From positions 1,760,001-1,824,000 of the forward strand of contig CBDFJR010000002.1 of NCBI GenBank assembly GCA_965248535.1: 64,000 nt of DNA. Reading direction: 5' to 3'. The notes below the pieces were generated by a model. It worked only from the letters and a program-made list of their open reading frames with translations, did not search any database and was not told where the DNA came from. Below, in pieces: positions 38,421 to 48,400 of the stretch. Position 1 is the stretch's first letter. Each line of letters opens with the position of its first letter. Source of the DNA: Phormidesmis sp. (GTDB lineage: Bacteria > Cyanobacteriota > Cyanobacteriia > Leptolyngbyales > Leptolyngbyaceae). A program made the translations under genes and the position numbers.

Positions 38421-38930
38421 ATGACCAGTCCAGGCTTTCAATACCCAATTTTTGGCCCAGAGATTCAGTGCCCTCACTGCCGTCAGACGATTCAAGCTTT
38501 GACTCTGACAGACACTTATCTGTGCCAGCGTCATGGTGCGTTTGAGTCCGATCCCGAAACGGGTGAGCTGATTCACCTTCAGTCTGGACGACATTGGCGC
38601 TTGTGGAAAGACGAATGGTATCGTCAACACGTTCACCCCGATGGCATTCGGTTTGAGATTCATGAAGCGCTCGATCGGCTCTATACCCAAGGTTATCGGG
38701 CCACAAAAGTGATCATTGCCCAGCGCTATCAAGACTTGATCAGCACTTATCTTGAGCGCAGCACTCCTTGGCGGGGTCAGAGCGACTCCCCAAAGCCGCG
38801 ACTCTATGGCTTGACGGTGGAGTTTAGCCCCGACCCCAAAGATGAGCCGTGCTGGGATGTGATTAACTTCGATTTAGAAAAAGAACCCGGAGCGCCTGTC
38901 AGATATCCCTATTTTCGATTGTTTGAATAA
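38421..38930 (+). CDS. Conserved cyanobacterial protein (TIGR02652-like)
   Basis: QYPIFGPEIQCPHCRQ..LTDTYLC..HG, HPDGIRFEIHEALDRL. Confidence 0.8.
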   Translation: MTSPGFQYPIFGPEIQCPHCRQTIQALTLTDTYLCQRHGAFESDPETGELIHLQSGRHWRLWKDEWYRQHVHPDGIRFEIHEALDRLYTQGYRATKVIIAQRYQDLISTYLERSTPWRGQSDSPKPRLYGLTVEFSPDPKDEPCWDVINFDLEKEPGAPVRYPYFRLFE

Positions 38931-38976
38931 AAAGTTTTAGGGTCTAGTTGAGAACCCCGATCGTACCCTGCCTGTT

Positions 38977-39390
38977 ATGCACCACGCTTCGATTCGGACG
39001 GCTGATATTTTTCGAGCGATCGCGTTTTATGAGCAGCTTGGCTTCACGATCGAAGAACGATTTACCACGGGCTACACCCTGGCCTGCTGGATGACAGGGT
39101 TGGGGGGACGCATTGAGCTTGTGCAGATTCCTGAGCCACACCCGGCTGCCGATGCCTTTGGAGATGAGCACTACGTGGGCTATTATCATCTGTCGTTTGA
39201 TTTGACTCAAGCCACTGATAGTCTACCGCGCTGGTTAGACGAGTTAAAACGCCGTTTTGCGGATGTGCCGTTAAAAGTGCTTTTAGAGCCGACTCAGCAG
39301 ATGATTGGCGATCGGGTCTACGAAGTCACGTTTATTGCCGATGCCGATGGCTTGCCGCTAGAGTTTATTCGCGAGTTAAGGACACCATAG
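38977..39390 (+). CDS. VOC / glyoxalase family protein
   Basis: MHHASIRT..AFYE.LGF, YYHLSF, FIADADG.PLEF. Confidence 0.9.
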   Translation: MHHASIRTADIFRAIAFYEQLGFTIEERFTTGYTLACWMTGLGGRIELVQIPEPHPAADAFGDEHYVGYYHLSFDLTQATDSLPRWLDELKRRFADVPLKVLLEPTQQMIGDRVYEVTFIADADGLPLEFIRELRTP

Positions 39391-39396
39391 GGGGAG

Positions 39397-40779
39397 ATGC
39401 CAACCGAACCTTTTTTAGACAATTGGGCTTATCTAAAAGTTGAACTTAACTGGCTAGAACGGCTGCTGTTAACCGCCGTAGCCCGACAGCGCAAAGAGAC
39501 GAAAGAACTCGATCGCGTCGCTAAAACCGCCGCCGATCGTGTGACTAGCCACTGGTGGAAAGGGCTGGTTAGCTTAGAGGGACCGATCGCTTACGACTCT
39601 CCGGTTGAGGCGCGAAAAGCGAACCCTTCGGAGTCAAAGGGCAATTATCAGCAGCAGATGGAAGCCAGAATTCGCTCTAGCCAGCAGCAAGGCATAGAAC
39701 TGGCGCTGCCTGCTTTGTGCGATCGCTTCAGCCTCACTCCCTTTGAGAAAAACCTAATTTTAATGGGCCTCGCACCCGAAGTGCATCGCCGCTATGCCCA
39801 ACTCTATGGCTATTTGCAGGGCAAAGACTCTGAGCGCGCTGATCTGCCTAATGTCGATCTGGCGCTGCGGCTGTTTTGTCGCACCGATCCTGAATGGAGA
39901 GCCGCCCGATCGAGCCTCCTGCCCTCCAGTCCGCTGCTGCAAAATCAACTGATTGAGTTGCTCTCATCGACCACACCGTTATTGAATCGCTCGATCAAAC
40001 TCTGCGATCGCTGGGTCGATCTGCTCTTAAGCGATGGAGTTCGCCGTCTTCAAGTTCACCCTCTGGCTGGGTCAGATTTCTCAACAGATTTTGAAAGGTT
40101 GGTGCTGTCTGAGCGGTTGCTGGCTGACCTTAAACATCTTTGTCATCAGATGCAGTTTGGTGCTCAAGTGGATGAAACGTGGGAGTTCCAGAGTTTAGGC
40201 GCGGCACAACATCCTGGCATCGTGGCGCTGCTCGTCGGCCCAACCGGAACGGGCAAACAGACTGCGGCTCGTGCGATCGCTCAGGCGCTCCACACCTCAC
40301 TGGTGCAGATTGATTTAGCAGAATTAAATCCCTCAGAGCACCTAGACTGGATGGGGAAAATTGCCCACCAAGATCCCACCGTTCTCTTGATCAAGTCGGC
40401 TGGGATTGGGTTGAGCAGAACGTCTCCCATGGCTGGAATCGATCAATTTTTGGCAGCCCGACGATCGCGCCGTCGCCTGACTCTGTTGAGTGTCGAGCGA
40501 CTTCCGATTATGGAACAGACGATCCGATCGCAGATTCAGCAAACGCTGCATTTTCCATTACCCGATCGGGCTTCTCGATTAAAACTCTGGCAGCAGGCTT
40601 TTCCGCCCCAAGTTCCTTTAAAGGACATCGATTGGCATGAGTTGGCTAAATTTGCTCTGACGGGTGGAGAGATTGGAGCGATCGCGCGGTCTGCTGCCTT
40701 TTTTGCGGCCGCAGAAGCCTCTGCGACTTTAGACATGAGCCATTTGCACCAAGCCTTGACAAGCCGCCAACGTCATTAA
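39397..40779 (+). CDS. AAA+ ATPase-like protein with degenerate Walker motifs
   Basis: Walker A GPTGTGKQ, FPLPD..RL.LW and LTGGEI lid motifs; Walker B lacks acidic residues. Confidence 0.8.
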   Translation: MPTEPFLDNWAYLKVELNWLERLLLTAVARQRKETKELDRVAKTAADRVTSHWWKGLVSLEGPIAYDSPVEARKANPSESKGNYQQQMEARIRSSQQQGIELALPALCDRFSLTPFEKNLILMGLAPEVHRRYAQLYGYLQGKDSERADLPNVDLALRLFCRTDPEWRAARSSLLPSSPLLQNQLIELLSSTTPLLNRSIKLCDRWVDLLLSDGVRRLQVHPLAGSDFSTDFERLVLSERLLADLKHLCHQMQFGAQVDETWEFQSLGAAQHPGIVALLVGPTGTGKQTAARAIAQALHTSLVQIDLAELNPSEHLDWMGKIAHQDPTVLLIKSAGIGLSRTSPMAGIDQFLAARRSRRRLTLLSVERLPIMEQTIRSQIQQTLHFPLPDRASRLKLWQQAFPPQVPLKDIDWHELAKFALTGGEIGAIARSAAFFAAAEASATLDMSHLHQALTSRQRH

Positions 40780-41132
40780 GGCATTCGGCCAACTCGCCCC
40801 AAGAGCGGCAGATCAATCGCTTTGCGTCGCCATAGCTGCACCATCATCCACAAATTCACCAAAAAATAGCCCGAAGTCAGAAGGCTGCTCGTCAACAGCA
40901 AAGGGAGTTGCAGCGAGTCAGCAGTCGTGGCTCCGGCTCCCAATAAAAAATAGGCGACCAGCCAGCCCAAGGCCAGTTTGATCACCAAACGACTCAGCGA
41001 TCGTTCTGTCCGGGTGCCTTTGTGTCGATAGAGCGTCCACAGCGCCGGAAAAAAGCCAAACACAGGCAGCAGATAGAGAAATAACTTCAGGTGTTGAATA
41101 TCCTGATTTTCGAGAGAATCAAGGTCGTTCAT
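40776..41132 (-). CDS. Small membrane hypothetical protein
   Basis: Likely ATG at 41132 (MNDLDS); 3 hydrophobic segments. Confidence 0.7.
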   Translation of the reverse strand: MNDLDSLENQDIQHLKLFLYLLPVFGFFPALWTLYRHKGTRTERSLSRLVIKLALGWLVAYFLLGAGATTADSLQLPLLLTSSLLTSGYFLVNLWMMVQLWRRKAIDLPLLGRVGRMP

Positions 41133-41234
41133 GAAGAATCGCAACGAAGGAAGATGAACTAGATGCAGCCAGCAGGGGATAATGATGAAGACTCTCGAAA
41201 TTTTCGAGTAGTCACTGTTATTTTTGGCTGCAAT

Positions 41235-42407
41235 ATGCACAAAAGCAACAAACTGCTCAACTGGTGGAATTTGATGACTCCGGTCGCCCGTGCGGTGACG
41301 ATCGGGCTGGTGGCCCCTCTGTTGGTTCTAAACGCTTGGGCGATTTCGTCGATCTTCGACTATTTCCACTCGCTGCTGGTGATTTTAATTGCGGCTTCGC
41401 TGCTGACGTTCCTGCTTAACTACCCGGTGAGCTTTATGCAGGCTCATGGCGCGACCCGCGGCCGAGCCGCGATCGTTGTGTTTCTGTTCACGCTCTCAAT
41501 CTTTTTGGGGTTGGGCGTGACGCTGGTGCCCCTAGCGATCGAGCAAGCCCAACAGCTAGTCTTGCGATTGCCCGAATGGTTTGACTCAGGGCAACGACAG
41601 CTATTTTTGCTCAATGACCAGATCGAGAGTGCCGGGTTTCCGATCAATTTAGATATCTTGGCAGAACAGATCACCGATCGCCTTAAAAGTTCTCTTCAGG
41701 GCATCACGGGCGAAGTCTTAAATCTCGCTGTGTTTACCGTGACGAGCTTGCTCGATTTTCTGTTGACGCTGGTGCTGACCTTCTATCTTTTGCAGCATAG
41801 CGATCTGCTCTGGCAAAGTCTGATCGAGTGGCTGCCCACCCCTATTCGTCAACCCTTTTCTCAAACGCTGCGCCTCAGCTTTCAGAACTTTTTCTTTGGG
41901 CAACTGATTTCAGCGACGTTGATGGGTTCGACCCTAACGATTATTTTTCTCGTGATGCGGGTGCCGTTTGGGTTGCTGTTTGGGCTGACGATCGGCACGA
42001 TGGCGCTGGTGCCGTTTGGCGGCTCGGTGGGCATTGCGCTGGTGACGCTCTTGGTGGCGCTGCGAGATATTGGAGTCGGTGTTGAGGTGTTGATCGCCGC
42101 GCTGATCGTGCAGCAGATTGTCGAAAATCTGATTGCCCCCAGAGTGATTGGCAGCGTCACGGGCTTAAACCCAGTTTGGGTATTTTTGGCGATTTTGACG
42201 GGGGCAAGAGTCGGTGGTCTGTTAGGCGTTGTGATTGCGGTGCCGACTGCGGTGGTGATTAAGAGTGCGCTGGTGGCCCTACGATCGCCCACCCCATTGA
42301 TTGTCGCGTCAGCCGATCATGCCGTGGTTGCTCAAACTAGCCCGATCGCCGAAAAGCCAGAACAAAAACCCAAAGAGGTTGCTTCGAGCCACCCCGTAGA
42401 AAGTTAG
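41235..42407 (+). CDS. AI-2E (UPF0118/PerM) family transporter
   Basis: FLLNYPV, LVPFGG, QQIVENLIAPRVIG..GLNP, GGLLG..AVP; likely ATG at 41235. Confidence 0.92.
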   Translation: MHKSNKLLNWWNLMTPVARAVTIGLVAPLLVLNAWAISSIFDYFHSLLVILIAASLLTFLLNYPVSFMQAHGATRGRAAIVVFLFTLSIFLGLGVTLVPLAIEQAQQLVLRLPEWFDSGQRQLFLLNDQIESAGFPINLDILAEQITDRLKSSLQGITGEVLNLAVFTVTSLLDFLLTLVLTFYLLQHSDLLWQSLIEWLPTPIRQPFSQTLRLSFQNFFFGQLISATLMGSTLTIIFLVMRVPFGLLFGLTIGTMALVPFGGSVGIALVTLLVALRDIGVGVEVLIAALIVQQIVENLIAPRVIGSVTGLNPVWVFLAILTGARVGGLLGVVIAVPTAVVIKSALVALRSPTPLIVASADHAVVAQTSPIAEKPEQKPKEVASSHPVES

Positions 42408-42436
42408 GGCGATCACCAGAGAAAATCCTAAAACAA

Positions 42437-42470
42437 TGCACCCTTTAGCCAAGGCTAGAGAGTGCAATTG
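42437..42470. terminator. Probable bidirectional terminator hairpin
   Basis: TGCAC-CCTTTAGCC-AA-GGCTAGAGA-GTGCA between convergent genes. Confidence 0.5.
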
Positions 42471-42510
42471 AGGGGAGCGATCAAATCCATCTCAGAAACG
42501 CAGGACTCCG

Positions 42511-42861
42511 CTATGCGTCGGAGGTTTCTGCGATCGCGTCTGCGGTAGTTTCTTCTTCAGCGCCCGCGTCTGGCTGAGGTTCAGGGGCGATCGGAGCCTT
42601 CACAGGTTTTGGCCCCCGCATCAAAGCCGGGTTTGTCATCTGTCTGGGTTCATCGTCTTGAGAGCCTCTTTTGCCTCTGCCTGATGAACGGTCATTGCTC
42701 CGCCCAGATGGACGATCGTCGCTGCGTTCGGATGAACTGGATGAACCTGATGAGCGCTGGGGCTTTGAGGGAGCAGAAGGCTTAGAATCTGAGGTTTGGG
42801 AAGGGGCCTCAGACGAATTTTCGGCCGGCCGCTCAGATTTCTTGATGGGACGTTCTACCAT
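42511..42861 (-). CDS. Small disordered cyanobacterial hypothetical protein
   Basis: MVERPIKKSER N-terminus and NPALMRGPKP motif; low complexity. Confidence 0.75.
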   Translation of the reverse strand: MVERPIKKSERPAENSSEAPSQTSDSKPSAPSKPQRSSGSSSSSERSDDRPSGRSNDRSSGRGKRGSQDDEPRQMTNPALMRGPKPVKAPIAPEPQPDAGAEEETTADAIAETSDA

Positions 42862-43045
42862 GGGTTGCTTCTGTTGACTCCTTTGCTATCATATCTTGCC
42901 AAGGGCCAGACTGAACTGATTTCTCGCCGCCAACCGAACGAATATCAGACGGCTTTCACCCCGTCAGCAACCTGAGAAACTATTCACACTTCGTTACACT
43001 AAAGACATCAATCAAGCGTGAACGCTCTATCTCAGAGGTCGCTGT

Positions 43046-44167
43046 ATGAACGGCAATATTCGCATCGGTTCTCTATTTGGCATTCCTTTTTACGTTAACC
43101 CGTCTTGGTTTTTAGTGCTGGGATTATTCACCTGGAGCTATAGCGGCGGCATTGCGGCTCAATTTCCAGAGTTAACGAGTGGCGTGCCTCTGCTGTTGGG
43201 TTTAGTGACTTCACTCCTATTGTTTGCTTCAGTGCTAGCGCACGAGTTGGGACACAGTTTTATTGCGCTGCGTCAAGGGATCGGGGTGCAGTCAATCACG
43301 CTGTTTTTATTTGGAGGACTGGCTAGCCTCGACCAAGAATCAAAAACCCCTGGCGAAGCGTTTTGGGTGGCGATCGCGGGCCCAGTGGTTAGCCTGCTGC
43401 TGTTTGGGCTGTTGAGTTTGACGATAGCAACCGGAGCCACCACTCCACTGACGGCGATTCTGGGTTTATTGGCTTCTGTTAATTTGGCGCTGGCTCTGTT
43501 TAACTTGATTCCGGGGCTGCCGCTAGATGGAGGCAACATTCTCAAAGCACTGGTCTGGAAGGTGACAGGCAACCCTTATAAAGGAGTCACGTTTGCCAGT
43601 CGGGTGGGGCAGCTTTTTGGCTGGGTCGCGATCGCGTCTGGGCTGCTGCCATTTTTCATCTCAGGCAGTCTTGACAATGTTTGGAATCTGTTGATTGGGG
43701 TGTTCTTGTTGCAAAATGCAGGCCGAGCCGGACAGTCTGCCAAAATTCAAGAACAGTTTTTAGGACTGACTGCGGCCGATGCTGTGGCACCCAATAGCCC
43801 GATCGTGTCTGATCAGCTTTCGCTTAGAGAGTTTGCCGATCAACAAATTTTGAGCCGTGACAATTGGCGTAAATTTTTAGTGACTAACCCAGAGGGGCAA
43901 CTGGTCGGAGAGATCGCGATCGAGGCTTTGCAAACCCGATCGGTCGAGCAGTGGATTGACACTCAGGTGAAGGATTTAATGAAGCCGATCGAGCCATCGC
44001 TGACAGTCGCATCGGGTCAACCGTTGCTAGAAGTGGTGAAGCTCCTAGAAGAAAAGCAGTTGCCTGCGTTAACCGTTGTCCGAGATAATGGGGTGCTAGT
44101 TGGCATTTTAGAGAAAGCCTCGATTCGAGATTTGCTCCAGCGTCGCACTCAAGCCTCTCTTGCTTAA
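43046..44167 (+). CDS. Site-2 protease (M50) with C-terminal CBS domains
   Basis: HELGH, IAGP, FNLIPGLPLDGG; CBS pair. Confidence 0.95.
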   Translation: MNGNIRIGSLFGIPFYVNPSWFLVLGLFTWSYSGGIAAQFPELTSGVPLLLGLVTSLLLFASVLAHELGHSFIALRQGIGVQSITLFLFGGLASLDQESKTPGEAFWVAIAGPVVSLLLFGLLSLTIATGATTPLTAILGLLASVNLALALFNLIPGLPLDGGNILKALVWKVTGNPYKGVTFASRVGQLFGWVAIASGLLPFFISGSLDNVWNLLIGVFLLQNAGRAGQSAKIQEQFLGLTAADAVAPNSPIVSDQLSLREFADQQILSRDNWRKFLVTNPEGQLVGEIAIEALQTRSVEQWIDTQVKDLMKPIEPSLTVASGQPLLEVVKLLEEKQLPALTVVRDNGVLVGILEKASIRDLLQRRTQASLA

Positions 44168-44223
44168 ACAGGCGCGGGGTTGATGATTTGACCCTTCGAT
44201 TTCTAATAGACCCCGCTACAACC

Positions 44224-45435
44224 ATGCTGAATCTAAGTCAACTTCTGAAGGAAAAGATCGAGATCATTACTCAACAGTGGGTAGAGTCGGTTTCTGCCGA
44301 TCGTCAGATCAAAAGTGCTGATTCACTGCCACGATCGGCGATCAGAAATCATATTCCCATGGTTCTCAAGGCGCTGGTGACGATTTTATCGCAATCAGCC
44401 GTGAGTGACACTCAGGCAGTGGTTCGTGAAAGCTTGGTTCATGGGTCTGTTAGAGCCGAGCAGGGGTTTGATGCGGCTGAGATCGCACGAGAATATCATC
44501 TTTTGCGATCGACGATCTTTAAAAATCTTCGGGCAGATTTAGTTAAAACAACGCCAGAAGAAGTCTTTAAGATCATGGTGCTGATTGATCAAGTAGTCGA
44601 TGAAGCGATCGCGCAGTGCTTTAAAAGCTATATGCAAGAACGATTGCATGAGCTAGAAAACCTGCAAAGTCAATTGATTTTAAATAATCAAGAATTGAGT
44701 CGATTAATTCGGGCTAGTCAAGTCAATTTATCTCACCTCGCTCACGAATTAAAAACGCCTCTAAGCTCGATTATCAGCTATTCAGAATTATTTTTAAACC
44801 AGCAGCGCCGCGAACCGTTAAAAGATTCTGTTCCTAGTTTGGAGCATATCGATCGGGTGCTGCGAAATGGTCGCCGCTTGCTGCGATTGATCAATGATGC
44901 TCTAGAGCTTTCTCGCCATGAGACGGGCACTATTGAGCTTCGGTTAGAGTGGATAGATGTGCGATCGGTGATTCAGTCTGTGCTCGAAGTGGTGCAGCCG
45001 TTAGCCGACGCGCAAACCCTACACATTTCATGGGACTGCACTCCTGACTTTCCGCCCGTGTGGACTGATTCCTTTCGTCTGCAACAGATTTTGATTAACC
45101 TGATGAGCAATGCCATTCGCTATACGCAAACGGGTCGCGTATCGCTAGAGTGCTGTGCCTTAGACGCGGATCAATGGGCCCTGAAGGTCATCGATACGGG
45201 GGTTGGCATCTTACCAGACATTCAATCCCGAATTTTTGATCCCTTTTTTAGAGGGCTGCCCTCTAAGGCGGGTTCAACTCCTGACGGCACCGGGCTGGGG
45301 TTAGCGATCGTAGATCTGTTGGTCAAGCGACTAGAAGGAACAATCTCGGTAACGTCTGAAGTTGGGGTCGGGTCTGTGTTTACGATCGTGTTGCCCATTA
45401 AACTCTCCAGTGCTGACAGCCTAGCAGTAGAGTGA
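44224..45435 (+). CDS. Histidine kinase with N-terminal RsbRD_N-like helical domain
   Basis: HG..RAEQGFD..EI.REY N-terminal domain; AHELKTPL, NLMSNAIRYT, DTGVG, GTGLGL. Likely ATG at 44224. Confidence 0.9.
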   Translation: MLNLSQLLKEKIEIITQQWVESVSADRQIKSADSLPRSAIRNHIPMVLKALVTILSQSAVSDTQAVVRESLVHGSVRAEQGFDAAEIAREYHLLRSTIFKNLRADLVKTTPEEVFKIMVLIDQVVDEAIAQCFKSYMQERLHELENLQSQLILNNQELSRLIRASQVNLSHLAHELKTPLSSIISYSELFLNQQRREPLKDSVPSLEHIDRVLRNGRRLLRLINDALELSRHETGTIELRLEWIDVRSVIQSVLEVVQPLADAQTLHISWDCTPDFPPVWTDSFRLQQILINLMSNAIRYTQTGRVSLECCALDADQWALKVIDTGVGILPDIQSRIFDPFFRGLPSKAGSTPDGTGLGLAIVDLLVKRLEGTISVTSEVGVGSVFTIVLPIKLSSADSLAVE

Positions 45436-45452
45436 CGATCGAGCTTTTGTGC

Positions 45453-48400
45453 TTAAAGAATTTGCTCCAAAATAGTTGGGTCTTGAATCTCTTTGTCTTT
45501 TGAGAGCAACACCACTTTAGAAATCACTTCTGCGGTTTTTGGATCATTATCAACAAACGGCAGAAAGATGCGACCGCGATGCTGAGAAGAGACTGGAATA
45601 ATGCAAAGCGCTCCGCCAGGCTGACGGTGAACCATCGCACTTCCCAAGTGAATTGAATAGCTTCCTAAGTGCCCCTCAATGAGAATGTGCTGGCTCTGAA
45701 TTTGGACATTTGAGAGCTTCAGCAAGCGACAGGTTTCTCGCACTAAGGTCGATCGCATCTCTACGGTCGAGGCCGTCGCTTCGGGATCGACACCGCCCTG
45801 ATGGGCCACACTGACGACTAAATCTAAATCTCGCATCACCTCACTTAACAAAGCGGGAGGAACGTCGGTTAAAGGTAAGGGTTTCCATTCATCGCGGCGA
45901 TAGAAGCGCACCTCTGCGATCGTTAATCCTTCCACTTCCAGCGGTGTATATGCTCCATTCAGAAAGTCTACTTCTGCGATTAACCCTTCTGTGTGAAAGG
46001 TGCGGCGCACACCTTGATCGGGTGAGGCAATCCAGCCGCGTTGCCCAAATAGCGCGATCGCTTGTCGCGGGTTGACCTGATGCCCTTCATAGCGGCGCGA
46101 CCCGGTTACAGATTGCTCGGCGGCAGTCAAAACATATAGCTCACGGAACACTTGTTTAAAGGGTTGAGCACGCGACTGATTAAAACAATCCTGCTGCCAC
46201 AAAGTCCACTCGTTAGAGCGCAGCAAATCGTAAGGGTGAGCAATTTGGAGCGTGTCGGATTGAATGGCTCGAAGAGTTCCGTCATGGTGACGTAATCCAG
46301 TCTGCTCCAGATAGCCAAGGTCACGATCGGTGTTGCCAAACTCTGTCGGATCGCTCACTAAAATCAGTTGGCTCAACATCGGTGCCAGTACTGGATGATT
46401 GCAAAGCTGAATCAATTCGTCAACGCTAAAGCGATCGCCACGACACATCGCTTTCTCTAACGAAATTCGCATTCGAGACGCTTGTTTGATGATGTCTTGT
46501 TTCCGGCTAGTGAGAGCCTGAATTTGGAGATCTTTCCTGAGTTTGGCAGGAATCGCTTTTAGAGGTTTTCCAGCTTTAGAAACTGCAATTTCGGGTTCTC
46601 CGATCGCGCTGATCGATAAACTCACCGTTGTGGAGTCGATTGTAATGGTTTGCGCCTGACCCACAAGATCAGCAACAGCCGCCGCTTCCATCGCCCATTG
46701 CAGCCGTTGAGGATCGACAAAACCTGCTGTTCTGGCTAGATTTTCTAGACCGATTTCAACCGCAAGTTTTTCGCTGGCTTGACGCTGAGAGCCAAACGCT
46801 TTGCCCGATCGCAGAAACTCTTGCAGCAATTGATAGCGATCGAGTAATTCTGGCCCGCGTTTTTTGCCCTTGGGTAGGGGCAACAATCCCAAAGCGCGAA
46901 CTGCATCTTGGTGGCGTTTTTGGGTGATGCGATCGCGCACCTCTCCAGCGTCAAGATTGCCGAGCATCGCGTCTGCAAATAGCTTTGCGCGCTGATGTCC
47001 GGCTCCGCTTGATGCAAATTGCGCCATCTCATAGATCTGCTGCCAGTGTTCCTTTTTTAACCGCTTGCGAAGGCTCAAAAACCAGGCAACATCGACTGCA
47101 CCATCCATTAAACTTTGGTTTGAGAGCGGCGTGCGTTCGCTGATTTGAGCCGCCCAAGTTTCGCGGATATCTGGCTCAACTGACCAGCTAGTGTCTTTAG
47201 TGTGAGCGTGAATCCACCACACAGCATCTGCAAAGCCAGCCCAGCCTAATGAATGCTCTACATAGTTCACCCACTGCGGCGCATAGAAAGCAAACTGAAT
47301 AAGCTTCTCATCAGAAATTTGGGCAGAAACTACGCGCTGTTTAAACTCCTCTGGCGTGTCATCTGAAGCCGGAAAACTGACGCGCATTAAATGACTCAAC
47401 ACAGCCGCTTTGCTGAGATTGTTATAGCTATAGCCCCGGACTGGTTTTTCTGATCCGAGTGCTTGAATCAGTTGGATCACGGTAGGAATTCCGGTGAGCG
47501 ATCGTAGAGCACACGCTGCACTCGAAGCGGCCGTCGGAAAGTCACCTCGCTGAAGCTCAACAGCAAGAATGCGCTGCCGAACCCGATCGGCGATTTCAAA
47601 CAAGTACGAAAAGGCTTCGTAGTGAGCTTGTGGTTTGCGTCGAGTCAGTTCAGCTAGCTCTAAGAAACTAGTTCTGAAGGTTGCTTTTGCCTCAGCAAGG
47701 CTGCTCTGGGTCAAGTCATGCGCGGCTCGATCGGGTTCTGGTGCGCCGACTAGATGAAAAATCAGATCCGCTTCTTTTGCTTCTCCAGCCTGATAAGCTC
47801 TATAAACATCCCACAGAGTTGTGATTGCATAGTGAGACGGCACCCAACGATCGACCCAACACGCTAACTGCCACCATCGCACTCGATAAACTTGCTGCTG
47901 GTCTTCGGAAATTAAGAACTCATAGACTTGGGCATGACGAATCCATGCAGTGATAAATCCATTAACTCGATTGCGAAATCCCCAGTAATGGTTATTGTGC
48001 CATTCGGGATGAGTTGAGAGGTCGCTAATCGGAATGACCTGGAGAATCTGAGCGATCGCGTTTAAGATGAACTCCGATGATTTCTGAGGGGGATGCAAGT
48101 AGATTAACCATTTTACAATCGAGCGAACGATATAGGGATACTGAAGAGATTCAAACAAAGGTTCTACTAAGTTCTCAAGAGTGATCTGGAGGGAATTCAA
48201 GATCTCTTGATCTTCTACATCAGATAAGTCATCTTGATCACGGTGTTCTAACGCTGGCGAGATCGCTCGAAATAACTCTAACTCGTCGTCATCGCGTAAT
48301 TCAGGAGTTCGCTGTTGCCACCAATTTTCCCAAACGTCGCTCAAAGGCAAATTCGCAACGTTTTCCGATCGAGATAAATGCGGATCAATATCCGAAAATC

